A stretch of 64,000 nt of DNA. Origin: Escherichia phage EK5. The position numbers and the translations under genes were made by a program. The notes below the pieces were generated by a model that ran no database searches, was not told the origin of the DNA, and saw nothing but the letters and a program-made list of their open reading frames with translations. The stretch lies in sequence record PQ805429.1; one strand, written 5' to 3'. Positions within the stretch are counted from its first letter, which is position 1. Each line of letters starts with the position of its first letter. Shown here piece by piece: positions 7,374-18,747 of this stretch.

Positions 7374-9218
7374 GTGAGCAACCCGGACGCTCTTCCATTT
7401 TTGACAGAGATGACTGTCGCTGATATAATCTCTAAGCAAGCAAAGCACGGAGTGAGTTTCAACCGAAGAAATGCTCGGTGGTATGTTCACCTCCTTAAAG
7501 AGATTATTGTTAATATTGACAGAGAGTTGATTCCTCTCTTACCTAAGATGAGATTAGATGGCTCTACTTACATGAAGCCATTTAAGAAGTCTGGAGCTTT
7601 ACAGAAGTGGCCTCAAGCCTATTGTGATAGGGTTGGGCTGAAGAGAGAAGATATTGGTGGAGCTTTCACCTGTGTCGAATACGTAGACTTTGACCCATCG
7701 AAAGATGCACGAGTTAAAGAAGCTCTTATGGATGAGGGCTTTCTTCCTCCAGAGTTTAACGTATCTAAGAAGCCTTGGAATACTTTCGAAATTAAGAAAG
7801 ACATGCGAAAGTATGGAACATACCAAGCATGGTATACTGCTTGGATGCGAGGCAATGCTAAGCAGAAGCAGACAGCCGAGATGGTTGACGCTGATATTAA
7901 GAAGTTCTTAGAAAAGCATTTCAGGTTTAAAACTAAGAATTATATGAAGGCTTACGTATTTGGTTTGGGATTAAACCCTAATCGCCGTAATCCTGTAACG
8001 TTTGATGAGATTAAGAAAGCACTAGCCACATCAAACAAGTGGCCTACAGCTCCTACAAACCTCGAGGAGACTCTTGAAGAAGGGTTAGGGGGTGAGCTAG
8101 GGAGTGTCGGAAGTTTGCTTAAGAGACGCGTTGTAGCGGCTCACAGGCTAGGTCTTATCAGTGGACTCATAGCAAAGGAACGCGAAGATGGTAAACTTTC
8201 GGCAGAAGCTAACAGCTGCGCTACGCCGACTTTTCGATTCAAACATCGTATCGTGGTTAATATTCCCTCCCGTGGTCTGTTTGGTCACGAGTGTCGCAGT
8301 TTGTTTGAGTCTGACTATAACTCAGACAGTGATCACTCTCGTCCTTTCGTTATTACTAACGTTGTTCCTGATGGTTGTTATATACGAAAAGGTACTAACG
8401 TAATTTACGAGAAAGGTAAGCCGGGTAAGAAAGACAAACCTATAGGTGCTTACAAATATTACATACCCGCTGGTAAAGAAGTATTCTTAGGGTATGATGG
8501 TTCTGGACTTGAACTTCGTATGCTCGCTCACTACCTCATTAAAGAGTGTAGAGATATGCTTGCTGAGGCAATTGAAGAGAACAATCCAGCTAAGAAAGCT
8601 CTGGCAGAACGTGGTTTAGCTTCTGCTATTATGTATCGTGATATTCTCCTTGAAGGTGATATCCACTCCCACAACCAGAAACTTGCTGGTCTTCCTACTC
8701 GTGACAACGCTAAAACGTTTATCTATGCATTCAACTATGGTGCTGGCGACGCTAAGCTTGGTTCAATTGTAGGTGGTGGGGCTGACGAAGGTTCAGTGAT
8801 GCGAGCACGTTTCTTAGCAGAGAACCCATGTATTGCAATCCTCATTGATCGTATGACAGAAAAGGCTGCTCAAGGATACTTGATTGGTGTTGATGGTCGT
8901 AAGATTACAATGAGACGAGATGCCACTGGTAAAGTTATGGTTCATAAAGCACTTAACACTCTCCTGCAATGTGCTGGTGCTGTTGTTATGAAATACGCTA
9001 TGATGTTCCTTAACAAGTGGATTGAGAAAGATAAGGTTCGTTGTGCTAAGGTAATTGATATGCACGATGAAGGTCAGTTCTCAGTGAACCGTAATGATGT
9101 ACAGAAACTCAAAGAGCACACCGAGCTTTGTGTTAAGAAGGCTGGTGAGTATTTGAACATGGAATGCCCTCTGGCTTCTGATTGTCAGATTGGACTTAAC
9201 TGGATGCATACACACTAA
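7374..9218 (+). CDS. family A (T7-type) DNA polymerase, polymerase domain
   Basis: GTG start after AAAGGAG; motif A YDGSGLELRMLAHY, motif B RDNAKTFIYAFNYGAG, motif C VIDMHDEG, C-terminus GLNWMHTH (T7 gp5 ends GPNWAICH); no 3'-5' exonuclease motifs seen. Confidence 0.85.
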   Translation: MSNPDALPFLTEMTVADIISKQAKHGVSFNRRNARWYVHLLKEIIVNIDRELIPLLPKMRLDGSTYMKPFKKSGALQKWPQAYCDRVGLKREDIGGAFTCVEYVDFDPSKDARVKEALMDEGFLPPEFNVSKKPWNTFEIKKDMRKYGTYQAWYTAWMRGNAKQKQTAEMVDADIKKFLEKHFRFKTKNYMKAYVFGLGLNPNRRNPVTFDEIKKALATSNKWPTAPTNLEETLEEGLGGELGSVGSLLKRRVVAAHRLGLISGLIAKEREDGKLSAEANSCATPTFRFKHRIVVNIPSRGLFGHECRSLFESDYNSDSDHSRPFVITNVVPDGCYIRKGTNVIYEKGKPGKKDKPIGAYKYYIPAGKEVFLGYDGSGLELRMLAHYLIKECRDMLAEAIEENNPAKKALAERGLASAIMYRDILLEGDIHSHNQKLAGLPTRDNAKTFIYAFNYGAGDAKLGSIVGGGADEGSVMRARFLAENPCIAILIDRMTEKAAQGYLIGVDGRKITMRRDATGKVMVHKALNTLLQCAGAVVMKYAMMFLNKWIEKDKVRCAKVIDMHDEGQFSVNRNDVQKLKEHTELCVKKAGEYLNMECPLASDCQIGLNWMHTH

Positions 9219-9226
9219 GGTGAGTG

Positions 9227-9592
9227 ATGAAAGAAACCAATATCATCTACAGAACATTGAGATGTTTAGCTAAAGAGAGGGGGATGGAGGATTTCCTCCT
9301 CCAATATTATGAAATAACTAAGACTGGAATTTATCCAAAATGGTTTAGTGAAGATCACGGATTATGCTTCAACTTTCGCTGTTATAAGAGGTATTACTAT
9401 TTCACAAAGCATTTAGATATTGACGACATGAAGAATATGTTTAATCAAGAAAAGTTTTTGGACCCAACATACCCATTCGGATGTGATCAATATTTTAGAG
9501 ATAGGGAAAACGGGGCACATCATAAGAATCCAAAACGACGGGCTTGGATTAAAGATACACTGAAAACTCTATATAGTATTGAGGTTGAGTGA
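9227..9592 (+). CDS. hypothetical protein
   Basis: ORF, ATG 9227 after AAGGTGAG. Confidence 0.4.
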   Translation: MKETNIIYRTLRCLAKERGMEDFLLQYYEITKTGIYPKWFSEDHGLCFNFRCYKRYYYFTKHLDIDDMKNMFNQEKFLDPTYPFGCDQYFRDRENGAHHKNPKRRAWIKDTLKTLYSIEVE

Positions 9593-9783
9593 TGAGTGTT
9601 CGTGGTTATTATGAATCTTGGGCCGTCTTCAGCGGTGGCTCCACTCTCGTAGCATTAAATGGTCAACTGTGTATCTTTGAGACAGAGAACTTAGCAATAA
9701 CCAAAGCAGCAGAACTAGTTCGAAAGTTTCCAAACAAGACATTCACAGTTAAAAGGATAGAAGTACCTGCATTGGTAGAGTGA
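9592..9783 (+). CDS. hypothetical protein
   Basis: 63 aa, start overlaps previous stop. Confidence 0.4.
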   Translation: MSVRGYYESWAVFSGGSTLVALNGQLCIFETENLAITKAAELVRKFPNKTFTVKRIEVPALVE

Positions 9784-10326
9784 ATAAATAAGACGAATGA
9801 ACTATTCTTATTGATTGGTTCGTAACAAGGAGATTGAAGTGGAAGAGATGCCATCGGATTGGTGTTATCGTCAGAGCGCCATCTGTAATGAACAAGGTCG
9901 TCCTGATGAGGCTGAGTTCTATCTAGAGCTAGCCGAACTGTGGAAAGAACGAGAGGAGAAAGAGTGATGGAAGGTATTTACCGTAAACCGCCTCCAAAAT
10001 ATAACATCCTTTATATTGATGCAACAGGTGAGTTTAGAAGTGTGTTAGTTTACACGGATGAAGAACGAAACCAAATGGTTGCTGCTATTGAAGCCAATGG
10101 TGGTACAATCATGCGAATTTATAACATAACATAAGGAATATCAATGACTGCTTCTGAATTAAAAGAAACCCTATCCACTGAAGAAGGTAAAGCTTTCTTC
10201 TTATCTCAAGTACACTCTATGGGTAAAGATGCCCTTCGCCAAGCAGTCGTTGAGCTTACTGGTGTAGTGATTGACTTGAGTATTGAAAATGAAACACTTG
10301 AAGCTAAAGTGAACGGTTAAATAAGA

Positions 10327-10350
10327 AGCTGCCTTCGGGCGGCTTTTCTT
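10327..10350 (+). terminator. rho-independent terminator
   Basis: AGCTGCC-TTCG-GGCGGCT followed by TTTTCTT. Confidence 0.6.
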
Positions 10351-10366
10351 GTCTAAAGGATTTGAC

Positions 10367-10759
10367 ATGAATATTGGTTTAGATTATGATGACACTTACA
10401 CAGCAGACAGACGACTGTGGAGAGATGTGATAGGCTTGATGAAAGGGTATGGGCATGATGTAAGATTCGTGACTTTCCGTTTCTCAGAGCCTAACGGTTA
10501 TGATAACGTGGATATCCTCTATGATGCAGAGACCCTGCAAATCCCTGTCATCTTTTGTAATGGTGTACAGAAGGATGAGGTGTGTCGACAGTTAGGTTTC
10601 TTCGTCGATATCTGGATTGACGACTTCCCTGTTGGAATCCCCAAAAAGGACCACCTAGACGGTATGCTGAAGGGCGTAAGACTTAATGACCTTAGGGCAG
10701 CACCTCCTGTAGAAATAGCCGCTCCTGTGTACTCTGAAGAGCCTTTGGTGATTCGATGA
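10367..10759 (+). CDS. HAD-superfamily hydrolase, possible 5'-nucleotidase
   Basis: Start moved to ATG 10367; N-terminal MNIGLDYDDT (HAD motif I) and VDIWIDDFP (motif IV-like). Confidence 0.45.
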   Translation: MNIGLDYDDTYTADRRLWRDVIGLMKGYGHDVRFVTFRFSEPNGYDNVDILYDAETLQIPVIFCNGVQKDEVCRQLGFFVDIWIDDFPVGIPKKDHLDGMLKGVRLNDLRAAPPVEIAAPVYSEEPLVIR

Positions 10760-10932
10760 AAAAGATAATCCTTTGGGCTTTAGGTATAGCTCTTTTCCTG
10801 TATCTGATTGATCTCGGAGGAGATGCCAGTAGAGAAGACTGTGAAGTGAGATTGTCTCAGGAATTTAAGTCAGAGACAAAGTGGGTTAACGGTCGATGCT
10901 ATGTAAAAGATTGGGGAAGAACTTCTCGATGA
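10756..10932 (+). CDS. small protein with N-terminal signal/TM segment
   Basis: 58 aa; MKKIILWALGIALFLYLI hydrophobic N-terminus. Confidence 0.3.
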   Translation: MKKIILWALGIALFLYLIDLGGDASREDCEVRLSQEFKSETKWVNGRCYVKDWGRTSR

Positions 10933-11090
10933 AAAAGTATAGTGTATGGTTTAACGAAGTAGAAGAAGGTTTTGATGAAGTTGGAGGATGGGTAAATATC
11001 CTAAACACTGACGACATAGAAGAGGCCGAGAAGTGCGCCCTAAACTATAACTCTGGATATTATGAAAGAAATTGGGAATATGAGGAATAA
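10929..11090 (+). CDS. hypothetical protein
   Basis: ATGA overlap with upstream stop. Confidence 0.35.
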   Translation: MKKYSVWFNEVEEGFDEVGGWVNILNTDDIEEAEKCALNYNSGYYERNWEYEE

Positions 11091-11092
11091 GA

Positions 11093-11314
11093 ATGATTTG
11101 GGTTCACACTTATAGAATTGGGAAGAAAGGGCTTACTACTATTCACACATCTGAAGATAGTGCTAAAGCATCTCAGGCTGTACTGAAAGGAAAGATCACA
11201 CCTTATGTAGTCGCTGAAGAAAAGAAGAATCCTCCAGTTCTGGAATACTTAGGAACAGGTAAAGCTTATACAGCACTGGATGTTATTAACAACAAACAAG
11301 GAGATGTGGCATAA
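11093..11314 (+). CDS. hypothetical protein
   Basis: 73 aa ORF. Confidence 0.4.
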   Translation: MIWVHTYRIGKKGLTTIHTSEDSAKASQAVLKGKITPYVVAEEKKNPPVLEYLGTGKAYTALDVINNKQGDVA

Positions 11315-11316
11315 AA

Positions 11317-11532
11317 ATGGAATACATTGATAAATACTCAGGTGAAGATTCAACAGACGCTGAAGTTTTATTTATACTAAAAACAGACTGTCTTGAACAT
11401 GGTCAACTTATCAATTTCATTGAGTTGGCAAAACTTAAAGAAGAGATTGATCAACTGTATAGCGATGAGCAATCCAGATTACTTTCTCTATCACTTCTAG
11501 GCGATTTAACTTGCGATGGGTGTACTATCTAA
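11317..11532 (+). CDS. hypothetical protein
   Basis: 71 aa ORF. Confidence 0.4.
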   Translation: MEYIDKYSGEDSTDAEVLFILKTDCLEHGQLINFIELAKLKEEIDQLYSDEQSRLLSLSLLGDLTCDGCTI

Positions 11533-11541
11533 GAGGTCTTT

Positions 11542-12045
11542 ATGGCTGAAGTTTATTTTGCAGGGGATGGTCACTTAGGTCATCGCAACATCTGTAGTTT
11601 TCGTAAGCAATTTAAAACCATCGAAGAACATGACAAAGCAATTCTAGCTGCATTTGATCATGTAACTAAGCGAGATAAAATCTTCTTTACCGGTGATTGG
11701 GTGTTTGAAAAGTATGCCCTTGATATCATCGCTGAAGTAAAAGGAGAGAAGCATCTAGTCTTAGGAAACCATGACAGGTTAGAACTTCTCCCTGATATGA
11801 TGAAAGTCTTCCGTAGAATCTCTGGTGATTATAAATATAAAGAGTTTTGGGTAACTCATATCCCTATTCACACTGATGAGATGAGAGGAAAGTTTAACAT
11901 TTATGCTCATACACACAACCATGTAATTGATGATTGGAGATATTTCTGTACATCAATGGAGCAAATTGACTATAAAGCTGTTTCTCTGCAAGAGATTAGG
12001 AAGGTCTTTGATGAAAGAAGAAAAGAACAAGATCTCGTTATTTAA
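11542..12045 (+). CDS. calcineurin-like metallophosphoesterase
   Basis: GDGHLGH, FTGDWV, LGNHD, AHTHNH match phosphoesterase metal-binding motifs. Confidence 0.7.
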   Translation: MAEVYFAGDGHLGHRNICSFRKQFKTIEEHDKAILAAFDHVTKRDKIFFTGDWVFEKYALDIIAEVKGEKHLVLGNHDRLELLPDMMKVFRRISGDYKYKEFWVTHIPIHTDEMRGKFNIYAHTHNHVIDDWRYFCTSMEQIDYKAVSLQEIRKVFDERRKEQDLVI

Positions 12046-12525
12046 AGAACCTGTAGTACATAAAGACTCTATCAGAGATCAATATAATGAGATGTTAAAG
12101 AAACAAGCTGATTCTAATCTTCGTTATCAGAGGATAGTAGAAAAATCTAACTTTAAAGGTTTACTTGAATGGTAACTTATATCCTTTACTTTTTAGCTTT
12201 CTTAGGAATAATCTTTTTATCTATTCTTATTGAATTCGGTTTAAGTAAGTTAGTTAATTATTTAGGTAATAAGTAATTAATATTCTTTTAAATAGAGAAT
12301 CAAAGTCCCTAGGAGTCCCTACAACCTAAATCAAGGATTCCTTAATTCTCTATTTTTATCTCGCAGGTGGCTCCTGCCCTTCGGTACTTGCAAGGGATTC
12401 TGTGAATTGCCCAATATACAAGCCTGCAATAACTTTATCAGCTATACAATATATATACATTACTAGTGTGTTATATCTACTACCAAAGATACTTATATTA
12501 TATAGTACTCTTATCGGTATAAGCG

Positions 12526-12534
12526 TAATGTATA
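12526..12534 (+). promoter_or_regulatory. TAATGTATA(CT) motif, candidate phage-sigma promoter element
   Basis: Exact TAATGTATACT 60 nt upstream of ATG 12594 in a 410-bp AT-rich intergenic region; inverted copy (minus sense) at 12454-12462. Confidence 0.5.
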
Positions 12535-12593
12535 CTATACATAACCGCTCAAAGAGAGCAACAATCTTTCAAATTAAATAAGGAAATTAAAAT

Positions 12594-13340
12594 ATGTCTA
12601 TGATTCCAACTATCGCAACTGCTTCCCGTAAATCCAACTACGATGTAATCCCTGATGGTGAGTACGAAGCACGTATCGTTCGTGTAGTAGGTTTAGGTGT
12701 TCACAATCGTGACCCTTGGATTGACCCGAAGACCAAAGCAGTAACTCCTAAGAATCCGGCTTTCCGTATGGATTTGGCTTTCGAGCTGATTGGTGTTGAT
12801 GCTACTGGTAAAGATTCCGATGGTAAGGCATTAGAACCACGTCCAGCTTGCCAGTTCAAGAGCTATGATGTAAACCCACGAGCTAAGAACTCTGGTATTC
12901 TTGATCTTTGCAAGATGATTGACCCAAGTATTCAAGCACTGAAAGGTGATCTATCTTGGTTCAAGGATGTTCTGTTAGGTCAGCCTGTTAACATTCTGGT
13001 TAACTCTTATACTAACAAAGCTGGTGAAGTTAAAAACTCCATCAAGACCATTTCTCCAATCCCAACCAAATATCGTGCAGCAGTTGGTGAAGCTCGTAGT
13101 CCTCTGGTATTCTTCGAACCATATGCTGAAACCGACGAGAACGTAGCATCCTACCAACTGATGTTCCCGTTCCAGCGCAACCTGCTTACTCAAGCTAATG
13201 ACGCTAAGAACATGCCTCTGGCTGGTCGTGAAATTACTCGTGCTTCTGAAACAGAGCAGAAAGAAGCTACTCCTTCAATCCCTACGATTGATAAAGAGCC
13301 TGCTTCTACTTACGAAGACGACAACGATAGCCCATTCTAA
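12594..13340 (+). CDS. putative ssDNA-binding protein (acidic C-terminal tail)
   Basis: 248 aa; C-terminus YEDDNDSPF resembles the SSB tail DDDIPF; strong RBS AAGGAA, high-expression codon usage, promoter motif upstream and terminator downstream. Confidence 0.45.
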   Translation: MSMIPTIATASRKSNYDVIPDGEYEARIVRVVGLGVHNRDPWIDPKTKAVTPKNPAFRMDLAFELIGVDATGKDSDGKALEPRPACQFKSYDVNPRAKNSGILDLCKMIDPSIQALKGDLSWFKDVLLGQPVNILVNSYTNKAGEVKNSIKTISPIPTKYRAAVGEARSPLVFFEPYAETDENVASYQLMFPFQRNLLTQANDAKNMPLAGREITRASETEQKEATPSIPTIDKEPASTYEDDNDSPF

Positions 13341-13361
13341 TAACTCTCCTTGTTATAGCTT

Positions 13362-13385
13362 AGCCACCTCCGGGTGGCTTTTTTC
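13362..13385 (+). terminator. rho-independent terminator
   Basis: AGCCACC-TCCG-GGTGGCT followed by TTTTTT. Confidence 0.75.
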
Positions 13386-13397
13386 GTTGGAGACAAC

Positions 13398-13748
13398 ATG
13401 CAAAACACATTAAGTGATAACTTAGGGTTTATCGTTTTCTCAGCTCTTGTATTCTTTGGTGGTATGAAGTTTAACGAATATCAAACAGACAGCAGTAATC
13501 TGGACAAAGAGAAGCACCAGCAAGAGTTAGAGATTGAAAGAAGTAGAGCAGCTGATGAAGTTGCTCAGAGAGTTCTTACCGGTTTATCTAACTGGAAGAA
13601 GAACACGGAAACCGTTTATAAAGAGATGCATTATGAGAAAACTAAACCAGTTTTTTATAATGTCTGCGCTAGTGATGAGTATGTCAGCTTGTTCAACGAG
13701 CGACAACAGCAGGCAATCAATGCCCTTACCAACAAACCTAAAAGCTGA
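13398..13748 (+). CDS. putative i-spanin (Rz-like)
   Basis: N-terminal TM helix LGFIVFSALVFFGG followed by charged coiled-coil region; contains overlapping lipoprotein gene in +1 frame. Confidence 0.5.
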   Translation: MQNTLSDNLGFIVFSALVFFGGMKFNEYQTDSSNLDKEKHQQELEIERSRAADEVAQRVLTGLSNWKKNTETVYKEMHYEKTKPVFYNVCASDEYVSLFNERQQQAINALTNKPKS

Positions 13749-13892
13749 ATGTAGGGTTGACCTACCTCTTTTAGAAAGTGCTCAAGGAAAAGCACTAGCC
13801 ACTACGTTGGAGTGGTATCAGGACCAGTATACAGAATGTGCTGCTAATCACAATGGATTGTTAGAAGCTCTGAAAGAGCGTGGAATAGAATA

Positions 13893-13893
<1 letters not shown>
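13633..13893 (+). CDS. putative o-spanin (Rz1-like lipoprotein)
   Basis: ATG 13633 inside the i-spanin gene; signal peptide MRKLNQFFIMSALVMSMSAC with lipobox-like MSAC; short mature protein. Confidence 0.5.
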
Positions 13894-15385
<1,492 letters not shown>

Positions 15386-15389
<4 letters not shown>

Positions 15390-16279
15390 ATGAAGAGGTA
15401 AAAGCTTTAAAGAAAGCTCTTGCAATTAAAATCAAACATTTAAATTTCGTCAGAGATGAGTTGGAGGAGCTATCCAACTTATCAGGATATGAGTTACAGA
15501 ATGAGCTTGTAGAGTTTCAAATCAATATTGATGGCGGTAAATACGTAGAAACAACTAGAGCGATTTTACCTAAAGTTACTGGTAACAAAACTTCTCCAAT
15601 AGACTACTCACATGACCACACGGAGCAATTAGAAATGGAATCTCAAGGCAATCCAGCACTGACCAATATGGTGGGAGATTCCCATTATAAGCCTTTAGTA
15701 GTAATTCTTAATGGGCCTCCGGGTTGTGGTAAAGATACGATAGCCAATGCTTGGGTTAATGCCCATTCATACCATCACAATTATTCAACCAAATCCTTCA
15801 AGGAGCCAATGTACAAGGTAGCTGCTGCTGCACTAGGCATACCTCTAGAAAACTTTCTAGCACGCTATGAAGACCGTGAATGGAAAGAAAAACCTAGACC
15901 AGAATGGGGAGGGAAGTCTGTAAGAGATTTGATGATTTCTACAAGTGAAGACTTCTTAAAACCTATGTTTGGCAACAATCATATGGGGGATCTTGCTGTA
16001 AAAAGCATCAAACAAGAAGGGCTAGGTCAGGATGATATTGTCGTGTTTACTGACGGAGGTTTTGATGCAGAGGTACGAGAACTAGAAAAGAATTTCCATG
16101 TCCAAGTTGTCCAAGTTCTTAGAGATGGTTGCTCTTTTGATGGAGACTCTCGCTCATATATTGAAGGCGAACAGAGAAAAACATATCTACTGTTTAATGA
16201 CTCAACTATTGAATCAGCAGTATCAGATCTAGATTGGATTATTGCACAAGCTCAGGATGATATTTATGGAAGAAGTTAA
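15386..16279 (+). CDS. P-loop nucleotide kinase, dNMP-kinase-like
   Basis: Walker A NGPPGCGKDTIANAW similar to T4 gp1 SGKDTTADF; N-terminal ~100 aa extra coiled-coil region; ATGA overlap with upstream gene. Confidence 0.5.
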
Positions 16280-17084
16280 GCTCCCTGAAGTTGCTATAGT
16301 GGATGCTGACGTTCTTCGATATGAAGTGGGTGCTCTTACTCAGGAGCATCCCTTTCTTGACACAGGACGTGTTCCAGTTGATTACAATTTCATGATTGAA
16401 CGACTTCAGTACAAGATAGATACAATCATTGCTCGCTCAGGTTGCAGCAAGGTTGTGTTCTACTTCAGCGAAGGTGGTAACTTCCGTTTTGATGTTGCTA
16501 AGCAGCAAGACTATAAAGCAAATAGACCTCCCGGAGAGAGACCTTTTCACTGGCAAAATGTTGGTGATTATATTAAAGGTAAATATGAATACATAGATGT
16601 ATTTGGGAGAGAGGCTGATGATGCACTAGCTGAAAGGCAACGTAGGGATAAGAACACTATCATCTGTACTAGAGACAAGGATTTGTTGATAACTCCCGGA
16701 TGGCACTACCGTTGGGCTTGTGGAGAAAGACAGAAAGAAGTTCCTCCTCACTATGTATCTGATTTAGTTTCATGGCAAAACTTCTTCTATCAGATGTTGA
16801 TTGGAGATGGTACAGATAATATCCCCGGATGTGGGGAACGTAAAGAGGTTATGTGGGGTGGTAAACTTCAGCTTCGACGTCAAGGTATAGGGAAGAAGGC
16901 AGCAACTAAATTACTAGCTGATGTTACAGATAAGTGGACCATGTATCATATAGTACGAATGGAATATTATAAGAAGTTCGATACTGAAGATGAAGAGAAG
17001 ATGCTTGAGAATGCTAGGCTGCTCTTTGTTGGTCAGACTCCGGAAGATTTATTTGATTGGACATGGTTGGATAGAGAATGGTAA
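16266..17084 (+). CDS. 5'-3' exonuclease (FEN/Pol I 5'-nuclease family)
   Basis: YKANRPP, GREADDALA and TRDKDLL match Pol I 5'-nuclease motifs YKA.R, EADD, GDKD; start moved to ATG 16266. Confidence 0.7.
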   Translation: MEEVKLPEVAIVDADVLRYEVGALTQEHPFLDTGRVPVDYNFMIERLQYKIDTIIARSGCSKVVFYFSEGGNFRFDVAKQQDYKANRPPGERPFHWQNVGDYIKGKYEYIDVFGREADDALAERQRRDKNTIICTRDKDLLITPGWHYRWACGERQKEVPPHYVSDLVSWQNFFYQMLIGDGTDNIPGCGERKEVMWGGKLQLRRQGIGKKAATKLLADVTDKWTMYHIVRMEYYKKFDTEDEEKMLENARLLFVGQTPEDLFDWTWLDREW

Positions 17085-17590
17085 CAGATTATAGATCTAG
17101 TAATACCCCAGAAGACATTAGAGATTTATGGCAAACTCCTAAATGGCTGTTTGATTTCTTTAACACAAGGTTTGAATTCTCCTGTGATATAGCATCTAGT
17201 GACAAGAATCATCTACTAGAAAAATATATAACAGAGGAAATGAATTCTCTAACCTATGATTTCTCTGAGTTCAGAAACACTTACACTTGGTGTAATCCTC
17301 CATATTCAGATATAACTCCTTGGGTTGACTTGGCAATCAAAAACAAGAAACTTAAAGTTGGTACAGTTTTATTACTACCAGCTGATACTTCTGTTAAGTG
17401 GTTTACTAAGTGTATAAACCATGCTGATGAGATTGTTTTCATAACAGGTGGTCGTGTGAGTTTCACAAGAGCAGATACACAGCAAAGTGTTAGTGGTAAC
17501 ACTAAAGGAAGTGTAGTAGTCATCTTCTCCACTGAAGCAGAGAGACGTAAGCTCTCAACCTCCTATATAGAAAGAGACTGGATAAAATAA
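17078..17590 (+). CDS. DNA N6-adenine methyltransferase (phage Dam family)
   Basis: WQTPKWLFDFF and catalytic NPPY motif. Confidence 0.75.
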   Translation: MVTDYRSSNTPEDIRDLWQTPKWLFDFFNTRFEFSCDIASSDKNHLLEKYITEEMNSLTYDFSEFRNTYTWCNPPYSDITPWVDLAIKNKKLKVGTVLLLPADTSVKWFTKCINHADEIVFITGGRVSFTRADTQQSVSGNTKGSVVVIFSTEAERRKLSTSYIERDWIK

Positions 17591-17600
17591 GGATATTATA

Positions 17601-17780
17601 ATGGGTAAATTTGATTATCGTTCATATGATGAAAACTCATCCAATCGTGAATCTCGTAAAGATCAAAAGATTAAACATCAACTGTTTGATCAGCGAACCG
17701 GTCGTATTCCTCGTGAGGGCAAAGTGAGCCATCGTGTAAACAAACGAGTTTGGGAAGAAGCTGATTATGGCGAAGTCTGA
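17601..17780 (+). CDS. small hypothetical protein
   Basis: 59 aa ORF below track cutoff filling the gap between neighbours. Confidence 0.3.
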   Translation: MGKFDYRSYDENSSNRESRKDQKIKHQLFDQRTGRIPREGKVSHRVNKRVWEEADYGEV

Positions 17781-18168
17781 GAAGACTCGCTGTAGTGGAA
17801 TGTGGACTGAAGCTCGTTATAACTCTTTCATCAAGTCAGGGATTCGTTCTCTGACTAGAAAATGGAAGCCCATGTTCGATGCACTAGCAGACGCCAAGAC
17901 AGAGCAGAAGATTAATCCAAAGACAGGCAGACTGGCAATGCACTTTAAGTGTGCCATGTGTGGTTCTGACCACCCTGTAAAGGATATGGCTATTGACCAC
18001 ATAGAGCCTATAGTTCCTCTTGACCATGAAGCCACTTGGGATGAGATCATCTCTCGTGCTCTGTGTGAGAAAGAAGGTTTTCAGGTTCTGTGTAAAGACC
18101 CTTGTCATAAGATTAAAACAAAAGAAGAGAATGATGCAAGAAAACAATTCAAAAAAGGAAATGAGTGA
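17767..18168 (+). CDS. HNH endonuclease
   Basis: CAMCG...AIDHIEPIVP...CHKIK matches the HNH zinc-finger nuclease pattern. Confidence 0.65.
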   Translation: MAKSEKTRCSGMWTEARYNSFIKSGIRSLTRKWKPMFDALADAKTEQKINPKTGRLAMHFKCAMCGSDHPVKDMAIDHIEPIVPLDHEATWDEIISRALCEKEGFQVLCKDPCHKIKTKEENDARKQFKKGNE

Positions 18169-18388
18169 TGATCAAAAATCTACGCAACAAGTGCTTCGCT
18201 TTCGCTATCGCAATTGGAGAGGCGAGGTTGCTGACCGGTCCGTTATTCCACTCCGAACCTCCGTTGCTAGCTCCCGTTTTCATAACGGTGGCAAACCTTG
18301 TTGGATTATGACAGCGATAGATGTAGAGAAAGATGAGATTCGAGAGTTCAAACTCTCTGACATTATTCAGTATTACGATTTAATCTAG
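18161..18388 (+). CDS. hypothetical protein
   Basis: Start moved to ATG 18161 overlapping HNH stop. Confidence 0.4.
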   Translation: MSDDQKSTQQVLRFRYRNWRGEVADRSVIPLRTSVASSRFHNGGKPCWIMTAIDVEKDEIREFKLSDIIQYYDLI

Positions 18389-18713
18389 GAACTGACATGA
18401 TCACACAAGCAGATAAAAACAAGCTCTTCGACTTAATCCATGACCTACTAGAAGCTCAGAGCTTTATTGATAATGCCGATACTTGGGAGATGGAAGCAGC
18501 TGGAAAAGCTTTTGATGAAAGTGAAGAGAAACTTACTAATTTTATAAACACAATCTAGGAGGGTATATGAATGAAGAAGTTGTTATCCTTGGAAGTAAAT
18601 CGGATTGGTTCTATGGAGGCATCTCAGGATGCTTTGAAGATGAACATCCAGACTTCTGAAGAGAATTGGGATGTATGACGAATTTGATGGTTTTTAAAAC
18701 TTAGAAACAAATA

Positions 18714-18746
18714 AAGCCCCTTCCTTTCGGTTGGGGCTTTTCTTTT
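18714..18746. terminator. bidirectional rho-independent terminator between convergent blocks
   Basis: AAGCCCC-12 nt loop-GGGGCTT flanked by T-runs on both strands. Confidence 0.7.
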
Positions 18747-18747
18747 A

